Virus record (IMG/VR): IMGVR_UViG_3300031134_000004
Coordinates: 96,001 to 160,000 of that record
Length of the DNA: 64,000 nt
DNA from: a virus
Lineage: Duplodnaviria; Caudoviricetes
Direction: 5' to 3' (one strand)
Within the stretch, counting starts at the first letter, position 1; the number at the start of each line of letters is the position of its first letter. Position numbers and translations under genes: made by a program. Below are positions 1-9,562 of this stretch, piece by piece. The notes beneath the pieces are model-generated. The model worked only from the letters and a program-made list of their open reading frames with translations. It made no database searches and was not told the DNA's origin.

Positions 1-171
1 ATCGAACGTGGGTACTACGAAATGCGGTACATGCGAGAACATAAGTGCTACCCAATTCCAGAACTGGAAAAGACGTACTTGATTCTTGAGTGCCAAGAAG
101 GTCGGATGAATGCCGGTGACTTACGAGATCTCTCGTGGGACAACGTAGACATCAAGTTTCGTTTGTTCTAA
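1..171 (+). CDS. 3' end of a CDS entering the window (unknown product)
   Basis: Open frame IERGYYEMRY...DIKFRLF ending at TAA 169-171, followed by a hairpin and T-run. Confidence 0.6.
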   Translation: MERGYYEMRYMREHKCYPIPELEKTYLILECQEGRMNAGDLRDLSWDNVDIKFRLF

Positions 172-449
172 AGAAGTAGGGGACTTCGGTCCTCTGCTTT
201 TTTTTTTGCCGTCATAGACCCCTTTAGCCCAGTGAGACCAAATGGTCTTGCTGGGTTTTATGCCGCTGGTAATAAAGAGAAATTTAATTAATTCTATGAT
301 TCTGTGATATTTTTTTACCTCTAGAATGTCGCATTGAGTCAAGGTATATTCGTCACTTGCTCTTGTGAAAACGCAAGGTGCATAATGGCTACGCACTGAG
401 GTGTAGTGTTGTGCGCTAGTCTCCAAGCTTTCTTATTTAGGAAACAAAC

Positions 450-1460
450 ATGTCCAAGGCAATTCAAATCCACAGTGGTGTTCGTATCGGTGGTGCGCTC
501 ACGCTGACGCTGGGTCAAACCCAGTTCCCAGCTAACCCGAAGCCGGGTCAGGTCGATCTCGTCAACCGTGGTCTGTATGGTTACCTCGACATCGGCAACG
601 GCCTGCTGAGCTGGTATCCGCTGGTTAAAGCACCTGACACTTACCAGCACAACCAAGACGTTGCTGCTGAAGAGTGGGTCGTCAACCACCAACTCAACAC
701 CGAAAACATCTGGTATCAAATCCAGGATGAAAACGGCCAGATGATCCTGCCAATGGGCGTGGACATCGTCAACGAAAACCAAGCCCGCCTGACGTTTAGC
801 GAACCGGCTGTCGGTAAAGTACTGGTCTTGACGACCGGTGGTGAACGCGGTACGGCTGGTGCCGATGGCGCTGCTGGTAAAGATGGTGCGGCCGGTAAAG
901 ACGGTGAATCGACTTACCAGATCGCTGTGCGTAACGGTTTCATCGGTACTGAAGTGCAGTGGCTCCAAAGTATCGTTGGTGCCGCCGGTAAAGACGGTAT
1001 CAATGGTGCTGACGGCAAAGACGGCATTAACGGTAAGGACGGCGCCAACGGCAAAGACGGTGCTAAAGGTGACACCGGTAACGATGGTCCGCGTGGTCTG
1101 CAAGGTCCAGCGGGCGGTACTGCCATTTACCTCGACAAAGGCACCAACGCCGTTGCAGGTGCCACCGTTACCTTCAACGCCACCGAAGCACAACATCAAC
1201 GCCTGCAAGTGGGCGCTGCGACCACGATCGCCCTTGCCGGCTGGCCTGAAGGCAATCACACGGGCGAACTGATGCTCGAGCTGGTCAACGGTGCTGCATT
1301 TACCTTGACCTTCCCAACCATCAAGTGGCTCAAGTCCGACGGTACGTTCGTTACCTCGTTTGCAGCATCGGACACGCCACTGCAAGCTAACGGCACGGAC
1401 TTCCTGCTGTTGTGGACGCGTGACAATGGTGCGACGGTCTACGGTAAAGTGATGCGTTAA
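450..1460 (+). CDS. Collagen-like tail fibre protein
   Basis: GxDGxDG collagen-like repeats, one S-Y-Q-x-A-V-x-N-G-F-x-G-T-E repeat, C-terminal ~110 aa domain paralogous to 6083..7582 (both end GKVMR). Confidence 0.8.
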   Translation: MSKAIQIHSGVRIGGALTLTLGQTQFPANPKPGQVDLVNRGLYGYLDIGNGLLSWYPLVKAPDTYQHNQDVAAEEWVVNHQLNTENIWYQIQDENGQMILPMGVDIVNENQARLTFSEPAVGKVLVLTTGGERGTAGADGAAGKDGAAGKDGESTYQIAVRNGFIGTEVQWLQSIVGAAGKDGINGADGKDGINGKDGANGKDGAKGDTGNDGPRGLQGPAGGTAIYLDKGTNAVAGATVTFNATEAQHQRLQVGAATTIALAGWPEGNHTGELMLELVNGAAFTLTFPTIKWLKSDGTFVTSFAASDTPLQANGTDFLLLWTRDNGATVYGKVMR

Positions 1461-1483
1461 TTCGTCTTACATAATCGCCCAAG

Positions 1484-1510
1484 ACCCTCTACTTCGGTAG
1501 AGGGTTTTTC
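1484..1510 (+). terminator. Intrinsic terminator
   Basis: ACCCTCTAC-TTCG-GTAGAGGGT hairpin then T-run after the fibre gene. Confidence 0.75.
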
Positions 1511-1537
1511 TTCGTCTCGATAAAAAAAAGGATACCC

Positions 1538-2620
1538 ATGTTTATCCGCACAATGATGTTCGCAGGTACGCCTAAAAAGCGCATCCCTACGCTTTGCGAA
1601 CTTTATATCTTTAACTCCAATGCTGATGACGTACGGGAAATGTACGGCGTTGACACTGGAAAGAGCACCTTCACAAAACTGCCCAATCCACCACGCGCTC
1701 CAGTTCAAACTTGGAATGCTGTGTATTCGCCAGACGGTAACTTCCTTGTTTTGGTGTTGCGTTACGCGCCGTTTCTTTCGCTGTTTCGTCGTGATTCTGC
1801 CGGTCAATATACCCCAGTTACGTTTGGAAACGTCACAGGCAATCCTCTGCCAAGCGAACCTGCTATCGATGGCGTGTCCTTTACGGCAGATAGTAAGCGT
1901 ATGGTTGCTGTGCCTTCAAGCACTGCCTTTCCACACGTTTATGAATTGACGGAAGACAAAAGTACGTATGCTTTTAAGTCTAGCTTGAGTGCCGGTAACC
2001 AAGGTACTGTCAGTTCTGCTATTGTCTCTCCAGACGGTACGCTGCTTGCTCTTTCTGCCAACGCCACTCGCGGTGCTTACATCTTCAAGTGGAATGGTAC
2101 GAATTATGCGTACTTCAACAGTTCCGCAGACTATGGAAATACTTCATTAGGCAATTCTCCAAAAATGCTGTGGACCAAAGACAGTCAGCGCCTTATCGCC
2201 GCCAATACTAACGAGAGCTATTCGTTGTTCATTTGGCGGCGCGGTGCCAACGATGTGTTCACTCGCATTCTCACTCGCGCCATCACCAACGGTGTTCGAA
2301 ATCTTGCGCTCAGTCCAGATGAAACCCATTTGATGACTGGTGGCGCGTCTTCCACTAAACTCTTACTGCAAGGCTTTAAGTGGGATGGTGCGAGCACGCT
2401 GACGGCTTTGTCTGTCACACCACTGCCTCCTAACAGTGTGGAGTCCTTCTCGTTCACCCCAGATGGTAACTATCTGGCAGTGGGTCACACGCAGTACAAT
2501 GCTTACAATTCCGCAGTGTCGATTTATGCACGCACGGGCGACGCTTATGCTCGTGTTGCAGCAGACTTTAGTACGTATCGCGCCACTGGTCGTGCTGTGT
2601 TCCGGCCTGTTCTTCAATAA
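1538..2620 (+). CDS. WD40/YVTN-like beta-propeller protein (putative tail/receptor-binding)
   Basis: About seven SPDG/TPDG-type blade repeats; within tail-fibre block. Confidence 0.75.
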   Translation: MFIRTMMFAGTPKKRIPTLCELYIFNSNADDVREMYGVDTGKSTFTKLPNPPRAPVQTWNAVYSPDGNFLVLVLRYAPFLSLFRRDSAGQYTPVTFGNVTGNPLPSEPAIDGVSFTADSKRMVAVPSSTAFPHVYELTEDKSTYAFKSSLSAGNQGTVSSAIVSPDGTLLALSANATRGAYIFKWNGTNYAYFNSSADYGNTSLGNSPKMLWTKDSQRLIAANTNESYSLFIWRRGANDVFTRILTRAITNGVRNLALSPDETHLMTGGASSTKLLLQGFKWDGASTLTALSVTPLPPNSVESFSFTPDGNYLAVGHTQYNAYNSAVSIYARTGDAYARVAADFSTYRATGRAVFRPVLQ

Positions 2621-2629
2621 GGAGAAGCG

Positions 2630-3688
2630 ATGTCTTCCCGCATGTTTAAATACCATACGCTGACAAACGCACCTAAAGTACTTCCCAAAAGGGTGCGGTT
2701 GTTTCTTGGCTCTGTAACGCAAAGTGCCATTGGTCGAATGTACCTTAACGATCCGAGTAAAGATACATTCGAGGCCACGCTCACACCTACGCTTCGTTCC
2801 AACGCATCCAACGCGCAGTTTAGTCCAGATGGTAAGTTCTTTGTGGTGACTTCGATGAATGCACCGTACGCAGTGTTGTTCCGTAGAGATGACGACGGCA
2901 ACTATGTGGAGGTTGCTGACAGTGGTCTGAACCCAACCAACGTCGCAAGCGTTGTCAAAGGAAAAAGCATTTGCTTTAGTACAGATGGTTCTATCTTAAC
3001 GTTTAGTGGTAATGGTTCGCGCTTGTATTTTTTCAGGCGTCGTGCAGATGGTTCCACGTACGACTTCGTCTCCAAGGTCGCCAGCTCGTCTGATTTTTCA
3101 GCACTGAGTCCCGATGGCCAGTACGCTGCTATCGCGGCCGGTGGTGACCAGCTGTACATGTACAAACGCAATGGTGACGTCTTTAGCTACTTGAATTTTT
3201 ACGACCTTAATTTAAGTAGCGGCAGCATTCAGCACGTGGTGTGGGGTAAAGATGGTAAGTACCTCTTTGTTTGCACAAGCAATGAATCACGCATACTTGC
3301 TATTGTGAGCTTTTTCAACGAAGTCATGACGCAGGTGAGTTCAGCAACTGGACCTGGTTATCCAGAATCCATCGCTGTGAGTCCAGATGGTCAGCACATT
3401 GCCATCACTGGGACTAATTACCAAAGTTCATTCCTGCAAATGTACAAATGGGAACCAACCATCCCGCGTCTTACCACGATTACGATGACAGGAAGACCTG
3501 CTGAAGCATCTTACGGTGCTGCGTTTAGTCCTGATGGTGTGTATTTCGCGTACGGACATCGCACACTCAATAACAGCAGTTTGAAAGTTTGGCGCCGTAT
3601 TGGCGATGCGTATATTTTGCTCAATACTGGCATTCCGGCGTTTCCTGAAAATTCCGGCTGTCGGCCAGTGTTTAGCCCTATTGTTTAA
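2630..3688 (+). CDS. WD40/YVTN-like beta-propeller protein
   Basis: Repeated FSPDG/LSPDG/VSPDG blades; AAGGAG RBS; paralog of its neighbours. Confidence 0.75.
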   Translation: MSSRMFKYHTLTNAPKVLPKRVRLFLGSVTQSAIGRMYLNDPSKDTFEATLTPTLRSNASNAQFSPDGKFFVVTSMNAPYAVLFRRDDDGNYVEVADSGLNPTNVASVVKGKSICFSTDGSILTFSGNGSRLYFFRRRADGSTYDFVSKVASSSDFSALSPDGQYAAIAAGGDQLYMYKRNGDVFSYLNFYDLNLSSGSIQHVVWGKDGKYLFVCTSNESRILAIVSFFNEVMTQVSSATGPGYPESIAVSPDGQHIAITGTNYQSSFLQMYKWEPTIPRLTTITMTGRPAEASYGAAFSPDGVYFAYGHRTLNNSSLKVWRRIGDAYILLNTGIPAFPENSGCRPVFSPIV

Positions 3689-3702
3689 TAAAAGGATTCA
3701 TC

Positions 3703-4734
3703 ATGTCTTCACGGCTGTTTAAGCACCAAATGGCGAGTACGGCTCGTCCTCCAGTTCAGCCCCATCTGCTCAATTCGATGGCAGATATTTACGGCTTTAA
3801 TAACAAGACCGACACGTTCACAAAACAAGGTCGCATCCCGGCAGTTGAGCCATCCTCGACCATGTCGTATAACGGCATCCACGTCTCGCCCGATGGCCGT
3901 TACGTCGTGACCACCACGTCGACCACCGGTGTGGTTGATGCCAATGCTGTTTATAAGCGCACTGCGGGCGGTTATGTGCGGCTGTCATTGCCTAACTCGT
4001 CAGGTGAGTTCAATAGCGTTTGCTGGAGTAAAGACAGCAAAAACCTGTTAATTGGTAACGGCAGTACGCTTCGCTGGTATCGTCTCAACGCTGACGGACA
4101 ATTCGTACAAGTGACAACGCTTGGGTTTGCTTATCGCGTCATGAGTATCGCGCTGTCGGAGTCCGGTAAGTTTTTGGCAGTCTCGCAGCAACTGACTGTT
4201 TTCTTGTACATGTATCCAATTGATCTTGTTACGGGTAAATTTGGCGCATCGATGAGCGTTGGCACGCAGCCAGGTAACTACGCAGCGAAGATCAAGTTTG
4301 TTGGAAGTGATTTGCTGTATTTCGGCACTTCTTCCAGTGGCGGTAACTTCATTTATTCGATTAATGAAACTACCGGTGCAGTCACCCGGTCTGTACCGAC
4401 AGGTGCCTCCAGCACTTACGCGTATTCGATGGCTGTGAGTGCCGACAATAAGTACGTCGCTGTGGGTCGTCTTCAAGGTCTGGATTATTACGCTTACGAC
4501 AGTGCAACGCGGTCGTACCGGAAAATCTACGAGAATCTCTTCGGTGCTCGTACGCTGGATGTGGCGTTTTCCAAAGACGGCAACTACCTCGCTCTGGCAC
4601 TCAACGCTGCGCCGCACGTGCTCGTTTATCGTCGTGTGGGTGACACGCTCGTACAACTTACCATCCCTGCTGCTACTGTGCCTCCAACGGGCGGCATGAA
4701 CGGTGTGGGTTTTGCAGAACCAGACGGGTACTAA
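3703..4734 (+). CDS. WD40/YVTN-like beta-propeller protein
   Basis: VSPDG/WSKDS/FSKDG blades; N-terminus MSSRLFK matches MSSRMFK of 2630..3688. Confidence 0.75.
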   Translation: MSSRLFKHQMASTARPPVQPHLLNSMADIYGFNNKTDTFTKQGRIPAVEPSSTMSYNGIHVSPDGRYVVTTTSTTGVVDANAVYKRTAGGYVRLSLPNSSGEFNSVCWSKDSKNLLIGNGSTLRWYRLNADGQFVQVTTLGFAYRVMSIALSESGKFLAVSQQLTVFLYMYPIDLVTGKFGASMSVGTQPGNYAAKIKFVGSDLLYFGTSSSGGNFIYSINETTGAVTRSVPTGASSTYAYSMAVSADNKYVAVGRLQGLDYYAYDSATRSYRKIYENLFGARTLDVAFSKDGNYLALALNAAPHVLVYRRVGDTLVQLTIPAATVPPTGGMNGVGFAEPDGY

Positions 4735-4764
4735 TCGCGCCTGTGTTTTGTGCGTAATTTCAGT

Positions 4765-4806
4765 AAGGAAAAGGAGAGTAAGACCATCTCCTTTTCTTGT
4801 TTTTAG
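4765..4806 (+). terminator. Intrinsic terminator
   Basis: AAGGAAAAGGAGA...TCTCCTTTTCTT hairpin with T-rich tail. Confidence 0.65.
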
Positions 4807-4897
4807 CTTGCTTAGCGGTATTTTTTAACTGCTAATTCTATAGTGTTCAGCCTGCAATATAGGCTGTTCTTTTCTGTGTAATTAAAGGATCACAATC

Positions 4898-5437
4898 ATG
4901 TCCCTCGTACGTATCCGCGCTACCGGCGAAGTCGTTCTGCGCTCGGTGTTTGCTAAAACCCTGCCAAACGTCAGCCTCGCTGATAACCTGACCGACTACG
5001 AATTCAATCTGTACGGATTCGACGAAGTCAAACAAGTTCCACAACCGAATGTCGAGAAGTTCGAGAACGTCAAGTATCTGGGCGTTGTGCAGCTCGAAGA
5101 CGGTTCGTTCGCCCAAGGTTGGGAAGTCACCCCAATGGAGCAAGACGAGATCGACGAAATCACCACGCGCGAACTCGAACAACTGCGCAGCGAAGCGAAA
5201 GCCGAGCGCCAAGCGCTGGTCGATCTGATCGTCGTTGACATCAACGGCAAGAAGTTCGACGGCGACGAAACCAGCCAGAACCGCATGAGCCGCGCGATCC
5301 TCGCACTGGAATCGGCCGGCCGCACCAGCACCAACTGGATGCTGCACGACAATCAATTCGTCGAAGTCACCCTGGACGAACTGAAGCTCGCGCTGCAAGC
5401 TGCTGGCGAAGAGCAAACTCGCCTCTGGGCTATCTAA
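4898..5437 (+). CDS. Tail fibre assembly-like protein (DUF4376-type C-terminus)
   Basis: C-terminal FDGDETSQNRM...TNWMLHDNQFVEVTLDEL pattern typical of DUF4376 proteins next to fibre genes. Confidence 0.7.
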   Translation: MSLVRIRATGEVVLRSVFAKTLPNVSLADNLTDYEFNLYGFDEVKQVPQPNVEKFENVKYLGVVQLEDGSFAQGWEVTPMEQDEIDEITTRELEQLRSEAKAERQALVDLIVVDINGKKFDGDETSQNRMSRAILALESAGRTSTNWMLHDNQFVEVTLDELKLALQAAGEEQTRLWAI

Positions 5438-5504
5438 GTAGTCCGGCATAAGAGCAGGGGGTAATTCCCCTGCTTTTTATTCTGTGTTTTAAAAAGGGTC
5501 AAAG

Positions 5505-6056
5505 ATGAGTGACGTTATCAAAAACTTTGACAGACCAAGTAAAGAGATCCTCATGGATCTTATCTACCAATCGAACAAGTATCGCGTACCCGTTCAGCAT
5601 ATCACTTTTGGTTTGCCTGGACCGCTCGATATCTACCCTGACATTCTGACCGATGAGAACACGTTCGTTCCCGTCGTTGTTAATGCGGTGTTCGATGACC
5701 GATTTGATGGCCGAAACGGTTTCATGTACCGTCGCCTGTCGCTCGCAGAAGAACTGGTAGAAGACGAGTCTGTCACCTTTGATCTGCCGGAGTTCCCTTT
5801 CCGCATGGTGGAAATCCTCCCGCTGATCAACCAAAAGTTTCACACGCAACTGGAAGCTGGCGACATCGAGAATACCTTGGTGGAAAGCCCAGCGCAACTG
5901 GTTGTCCGTGCGAGTGAGTATTCCTTAGTGTGGGTCGATTCAGTGCGCTTTAACCCAGGCGGCTACGTGCCTGTCGTGGGACGCCTTTTGGAAGACGGCT
6001 CTGCCCGTCTGATGGAAGACGGTTCGGTGCGCTTGCTCGAAGATCCACCTATCTAA
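5505..6056 (+). CDS. Putative virion structural (tail/baseplate) protein
   Basis: 183 aa; resembles short phiKZ-type tail proteins; C-terminal RLLEDGSARLMEDGSVRLLED repeat. Confidence 0.5.
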   Translation: MSDVIKNFDRPSKEILMDLIYQSNKYRVPVQHITFGLPGPLDIYPDILTDENTFVPVVVNAVFDDRFDGRNGFMYRRLSLAEELVEDESVTFDLPEFPFRMVEILPLINQKFHTQLEAGDIENTLVESPAQLVVRASEYSLVWVDSVRFNPGGYVPVVGRLLEDGSARLMEDGSVRLLEDPPI

Positions 6057-6082
6057 TAGGTTCAAGAAAGAGAGAATGTGAT

Positions 6083-7582
6083 ATGGGTACTGCACTGAAA
6101 ATCTCCGAACTCCCAACCGCCGGGGAAGTATCGGGCAGCGAATTGCTGGAAATTGTACAAGACGGCGTGAACAAAAGCGTTCTGGTAAGCACCCTCGTAC
6201 CGCGCGCTCGTGACGGTCGCGATGGTAAAGACGGCGTGGACGGCAAGAGCCCGTTCGAGCTGGCCCAGCGCAATGGCTTTACTGGCACGGAAGTCGAGTG
6301 GCTGGCAAGTCTGAAAGCCCAAGACGGCGTTGACGGTATCGATGGTACGGACGGTACGGACGGCCGCGATGGCACCAATGGCAAAGATGGCGAATCGAAC
6401 TACCAGGTCGCCGTACGCAATGGTTTCGTCGGCACTGAAGCCCAATACCTGGCTTCCCTTAAAGGCACCGCTGGCCGTGATGGTACGAACGGCAAGGATG
6501 GTGTCGATGGCAAGGACGGCACCAACGGCAAAGATGGCGCGCCTGGTAAAAGCAACTACCAGATCGCTGTGGACAACGGCTTTGAAGGCACCGAGGCGCA
6601 ATACCTGACCTCGACTGCTGGTGAAGACGGTCGTGACGGTGTGGATGGTCAAGACGGTGAAGGCATCTACCAACTGGCACGCCGCAATGGCTTTGTCGGT
6701 TCGGAAGCTGAATACCTCGCCTCGATCAAAGGCGCTAACGGCGCTGATGGTATCGATGGTGAATCGAACTACCAGCGTGCTGTGGAACTGGGTCTGTTTG
6801 TGGGTACGGAAGCAGCGTACCTGGCTTCGCTCAAAGGTGCCGATGGTGTTGATGGCACTGATGGTGTCGACGGTACTGACGGTACTGATGGTGCCGATGG
6901 TATGGATATCTACGCGCTGGCTAAGTCGAAAGGCTACGCTGGTTCGGAAGATCAATACCTGGCTTCGCTGCACGGTCGTGATGGTACGAACGGCAAGGAT
7001 GGCACCAATGGTAAGGATGGTGTCAATGGTAAGTCCTCGTATGAAGTTGCCAAAGCAGGTGGTTACAACGGTAGCGAAGCGGAATGGCTGCTCTCCCTTA
7101 AAGGCACTGCTGGCAAAGATGGCGTCGACGGTAAGAGCGCTTACCAAGTCGCTACTGCTGGCGGTTACGTCGGTACGGAAGCTGCGTGGCTGCTGAGCTT
7201 GAAGGGTGCACGCGGTGACGCAGGTCCTCCAGGCGGTGAGGCGACGTTCTTTGACCTGGGTAAGAACACTGTTGCCGGTACGGTGATGACGTTCGACCAG
7301 ACCAAGGGTACTGTGCAAAAGCTGGAAGTTGGTGCGCCAACGACCGTTGCTCTGTCGAACTTCGCCCCAGCTGGCCGCAGCAGCGAACTCGTGCTCCAAC
7401 TGGTCAATGGTGGACTGTTCACTACCACGTTCCCATCGGATGTGAACTGGATCAAGATCGATGGCACCACCACCAAAGTGTTTGCTGAAACGGGCATTGC
7501 CCTGCAAGGCGCTGGTGTGGACTTCGTGATGTTCTGGTCCTACGACGGCGGTGTTACTGTCTTCGGTAAAGTCATGCGTTAA
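6083..7582 (+). CDS. Collagen-like tail fibre protein
   Basis: Eight copies of a ~25 aa S-x-Y-Q-x-A-x-x-x-G-F-x-G-T-E-A-x-Y/W-L-x-S-L-K-G repeat alternating with GxDG collagen tracts; C-terminal domain shared with 450..1460. Confidence 0.85.
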   Translation: MGTALKISELPTAGEVSGSELLEIVQDGVNKSVLVSTLVPRARDGRDGKDGVDGKSPFELAQRNGFTGTEVEWLASLKAQDGVDGIDGTDGTDGRDGTNGKDGESNYQVAVRNGFVGTEAQYLASLKGTAGRDGTNGKDGVDGKDGTNGKDGAPGKSNYQIAVDNGFEGTEAQYLTSTAGEDGRDGVDGQDGEGIYQLARRNGFVGSEAEYLASIKGANGADGIDGESNYQRAVELGLFVGTEAAYLASLKGADGVDGTDGVDGTDGTDGADGMDIYALAKSKGYAGSEDQYLASLHGRDGTNGKDGTNGKDGVNGKSSYEVAKAGGYNGSEAEWLLSLKGTAGKDGVDGKSAYQVATAGGYVGTEAAWLLSLKGARGDAGPPGGEATFFDLGKNTVAGTVMTFDQTKGTVQKLEVGAPTTVALSNFAPAGRSSELVLQLVNGGLFTTTFPSDVNWIKIDGTTTKVFAETGIALQGAGVDFVMFWSYDGGVTVFGKVMR

Positions 7583-7639
7583 GTCGCGTAGAGGGGAGCT
7601 TCGGCTCTCCTTTATGCCGTACCTAAATTATCTTGGTTA

Positions 7640-7647
7640 CATATCAC
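7640..7647 (+). promoter_or_regulatory. Early-promoter-like motif (CATATCAC)
   Basis: Variant of the phiKZ early promoter TATATTAC in AT-rich intergenic DNA upstream of 7697. Confidence 0.45.
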
Positions 7648-7696
7648 CCTACTAGCAATACACACGTATTTAACTATTACTAGGGGTTATAAAAAC

Positions 7697-8065
7697 ATGC
7701 CACGTTTTAAAATAGAAGGAGATGGTGACTTCGGTTACGTTCTTCGTTTGAATAATTTGCTAGGTCGCAATAAGCTCGATGGCCGGCTTGACCAGATTAG
7801 CCTAGGTCCGTGCGAATCGATTGAGACACTTCGTACACTCTACGAGAATGAACTGGTTGAACCTTACGATGAAGAAGGTCCGGACTTGATTATTCATGGG
7901 GAGATGAAAACCTACACCAAGTACTTTCGTAAAGGCGGTGGTCTTGAATGGTGCTGTCCACTGAACAACCAAGCGCAATGGGAAGGCATGGATGAATCAG
8001 GTGCAGGTCTGGATGATGTCTTGCTGCGGGTGACGAACATTACGAAACGCGAGCCCTGTGAGTAA
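7697..8065 (+). CDS. Hypothetical protein
   Basis: 122 aa ORF after promoter-like motif and GGGG RBS. Confidence 0.7.
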   Translation: MPRFKIEGDGDFGYVLRLNNLLGRNKLDGRLDQISLGPCESIETLRTLYENELVEPYDEEGPDLIIHGEMKTYTKYFRKGGGLEWCCPLNNQAQWEGMDESGAGLDDVLLRVTNITKREPCE

Positions 8066-8079
8066 AAATTTACATGACG

Positions 8080-8960
8080 ACATCATTCTTTGCAAGAACA
8101 CAGCGCCATGGAACGACAATGTGTTTGAGACCTCGCTTCGTAGAAGCTATCTGAAGAGCCGTGAAAGTCGGCATGCTGGGTGTCAACGTCCAGTAAAGGT
8201 GAAAATCCTTCGAAACATAACCACACAGTGCACGGCGATGCGTCGCCCAGTTACTGGTGTCATGCAGCTCGCTTGCGCCTCGCTATTGCGAAACGGCGCG
8301 ATGGCGGCAGCCTTTGCCCGAGTCCTTCGAGTCTTGGGATGCTTTGGTGGTTGTGTCATAGCAGCGAGACTTTACAGTGGACAAAGCACCGGGAGGTGTG
8401 TCGGGACTGACTATCCTAAAAACTGTACGACTGGTTTCATCGGGCTGTCAACCCATGATCCAGTAAGTTGTTCTCCTCTCTTAAAAGTTAGGAGGTTGTT
8501 TTCATGTGGCCGCCTTTCGAAGAACTCGAATTGGCCGCCGGAGCGAAGCGCCTGAAGGTTGAGGACGCAGGTGCTTGGCTGCTCTCTTGCAGCCTTGGCT
8601 TGCACTACCAATAGTGCCTATACGCAACGCAACATAAAGCAGCACGCAGCCGCAAGGTGTTCACATTTGAGTCTTCATTCCTCAGAGAAGACACGAACGA
8701 TTTGCTAGAGGCCAGTCTTCATCGATAGAAGGCGGACGCACAAGTTCGGACTTGAGAATACCTTGTGGATGCGGTAATACACGCAACCGATTTCACACAA
8801 CTTCACTACCTTTGTTTCTTGATGCATCTACTTACTCCTCCTCCGTTGTTGGTTCGTCTTGGACTTGGATTTCTTCGTCGATTTGGGGAGTTGTGTGAAT
8901 CTATTAAAGTCCTCTACAGATGGTTAGGCGTTTGTGTGTGATGAACATCCCAACTCCCGT
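8080..8960 (+). ncRNA. Candidate large structured non-coding RNA
   Basis: ~0.9 kb without a credible long ORF, dense in hairpins (GNRA/UUCG-type loops) and long-range helices. Confidence 0.45.
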
Positions 8961-9122
8961 TGGCGTCAGCAATGTTCGCTACACATGGCCTTAATTAGTA
9001 GCAGTCTGTGGTAGGGCTCTTTTGTTCGTGCTACGAGTCTTCCTTAACGGGAAGACTCTATGCCGATGTGTTGTACCTGAGTTACGGCGGGTCTCCGTAA
9101 CACTACTATTAGGAGCATTACC

Positions 9123-9548
9123 ATGAAGTTGAAATTCGAGAAAGAAACGCAAGACGTCATCAACGCTATTGCCCAACTGCCTGATGAAGCAGGTTCACCT
9201 GCAGGCTTGGCCAAACCCAACCAGTTAATTGGTGTGTTTGACAAGGTCATTCTCGGTGACAAAGCCAATCGCAATGCGCCATCGAAACACTGGGCTAAGC
9301 TGCGGCGTCAATTGAGTTTCCTCTACGAGATCGTCAACATCGGTGCTATCGCTGGCAAGAAGGTGTCGCAAACCGGCGGGGAAGAAAGCCTTAAAGAATC
9401 GTACCGGATGATCGTGACGATCTGCAAGAAGATTGTTGCAGGCACGTCGCTTGACCATCCAATGTTTGTGCGCCTTGCACTCAGTTATGGCGTGCTGCAT
9501 TTGTCGGACCATGAGATTCAAAAGCTGATCGACGGTAACAACGTTTAA
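9123..9548 (+). CDS. Hypothetical protein
   Basis: 141 aa, AGGAG RBS. Confidence 0.75.
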   Translation: MKLKFEKETQDVINAIAQLPDEAGSPAGLAKPNQLIGVFDKVILGDKANRNAPSKHWAKLRRQLSFLYEIVNIGAIAGKKVSQTGGEESLKESYRMIVTICKKIVAGTSLDHPMFVRLALSYGVLHLSDHEIQKLIDGNNV

Positions 9549-9562
9549 CATAAGGAACTACC

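Noticed and set aside
1-171. Thymidylate synthase C-terminus
   Set aside because: Only a vague YPIPEL resemblance in a 56 aa fragment; not supportable.
8058-8555. 165 aa ORF in the structured region
   Set aside because: Composition (Arg/Cys/Ser-rich), no RBS and coincidence with dense hairpins argue against a real protein.
8140-8760. Group I/II intron or RNase P RNA
   Set aside because: Isolated resemblances (GAGCCG, GAAAGTC, GAGACT) without the full ordered motif sets or a split host gene.
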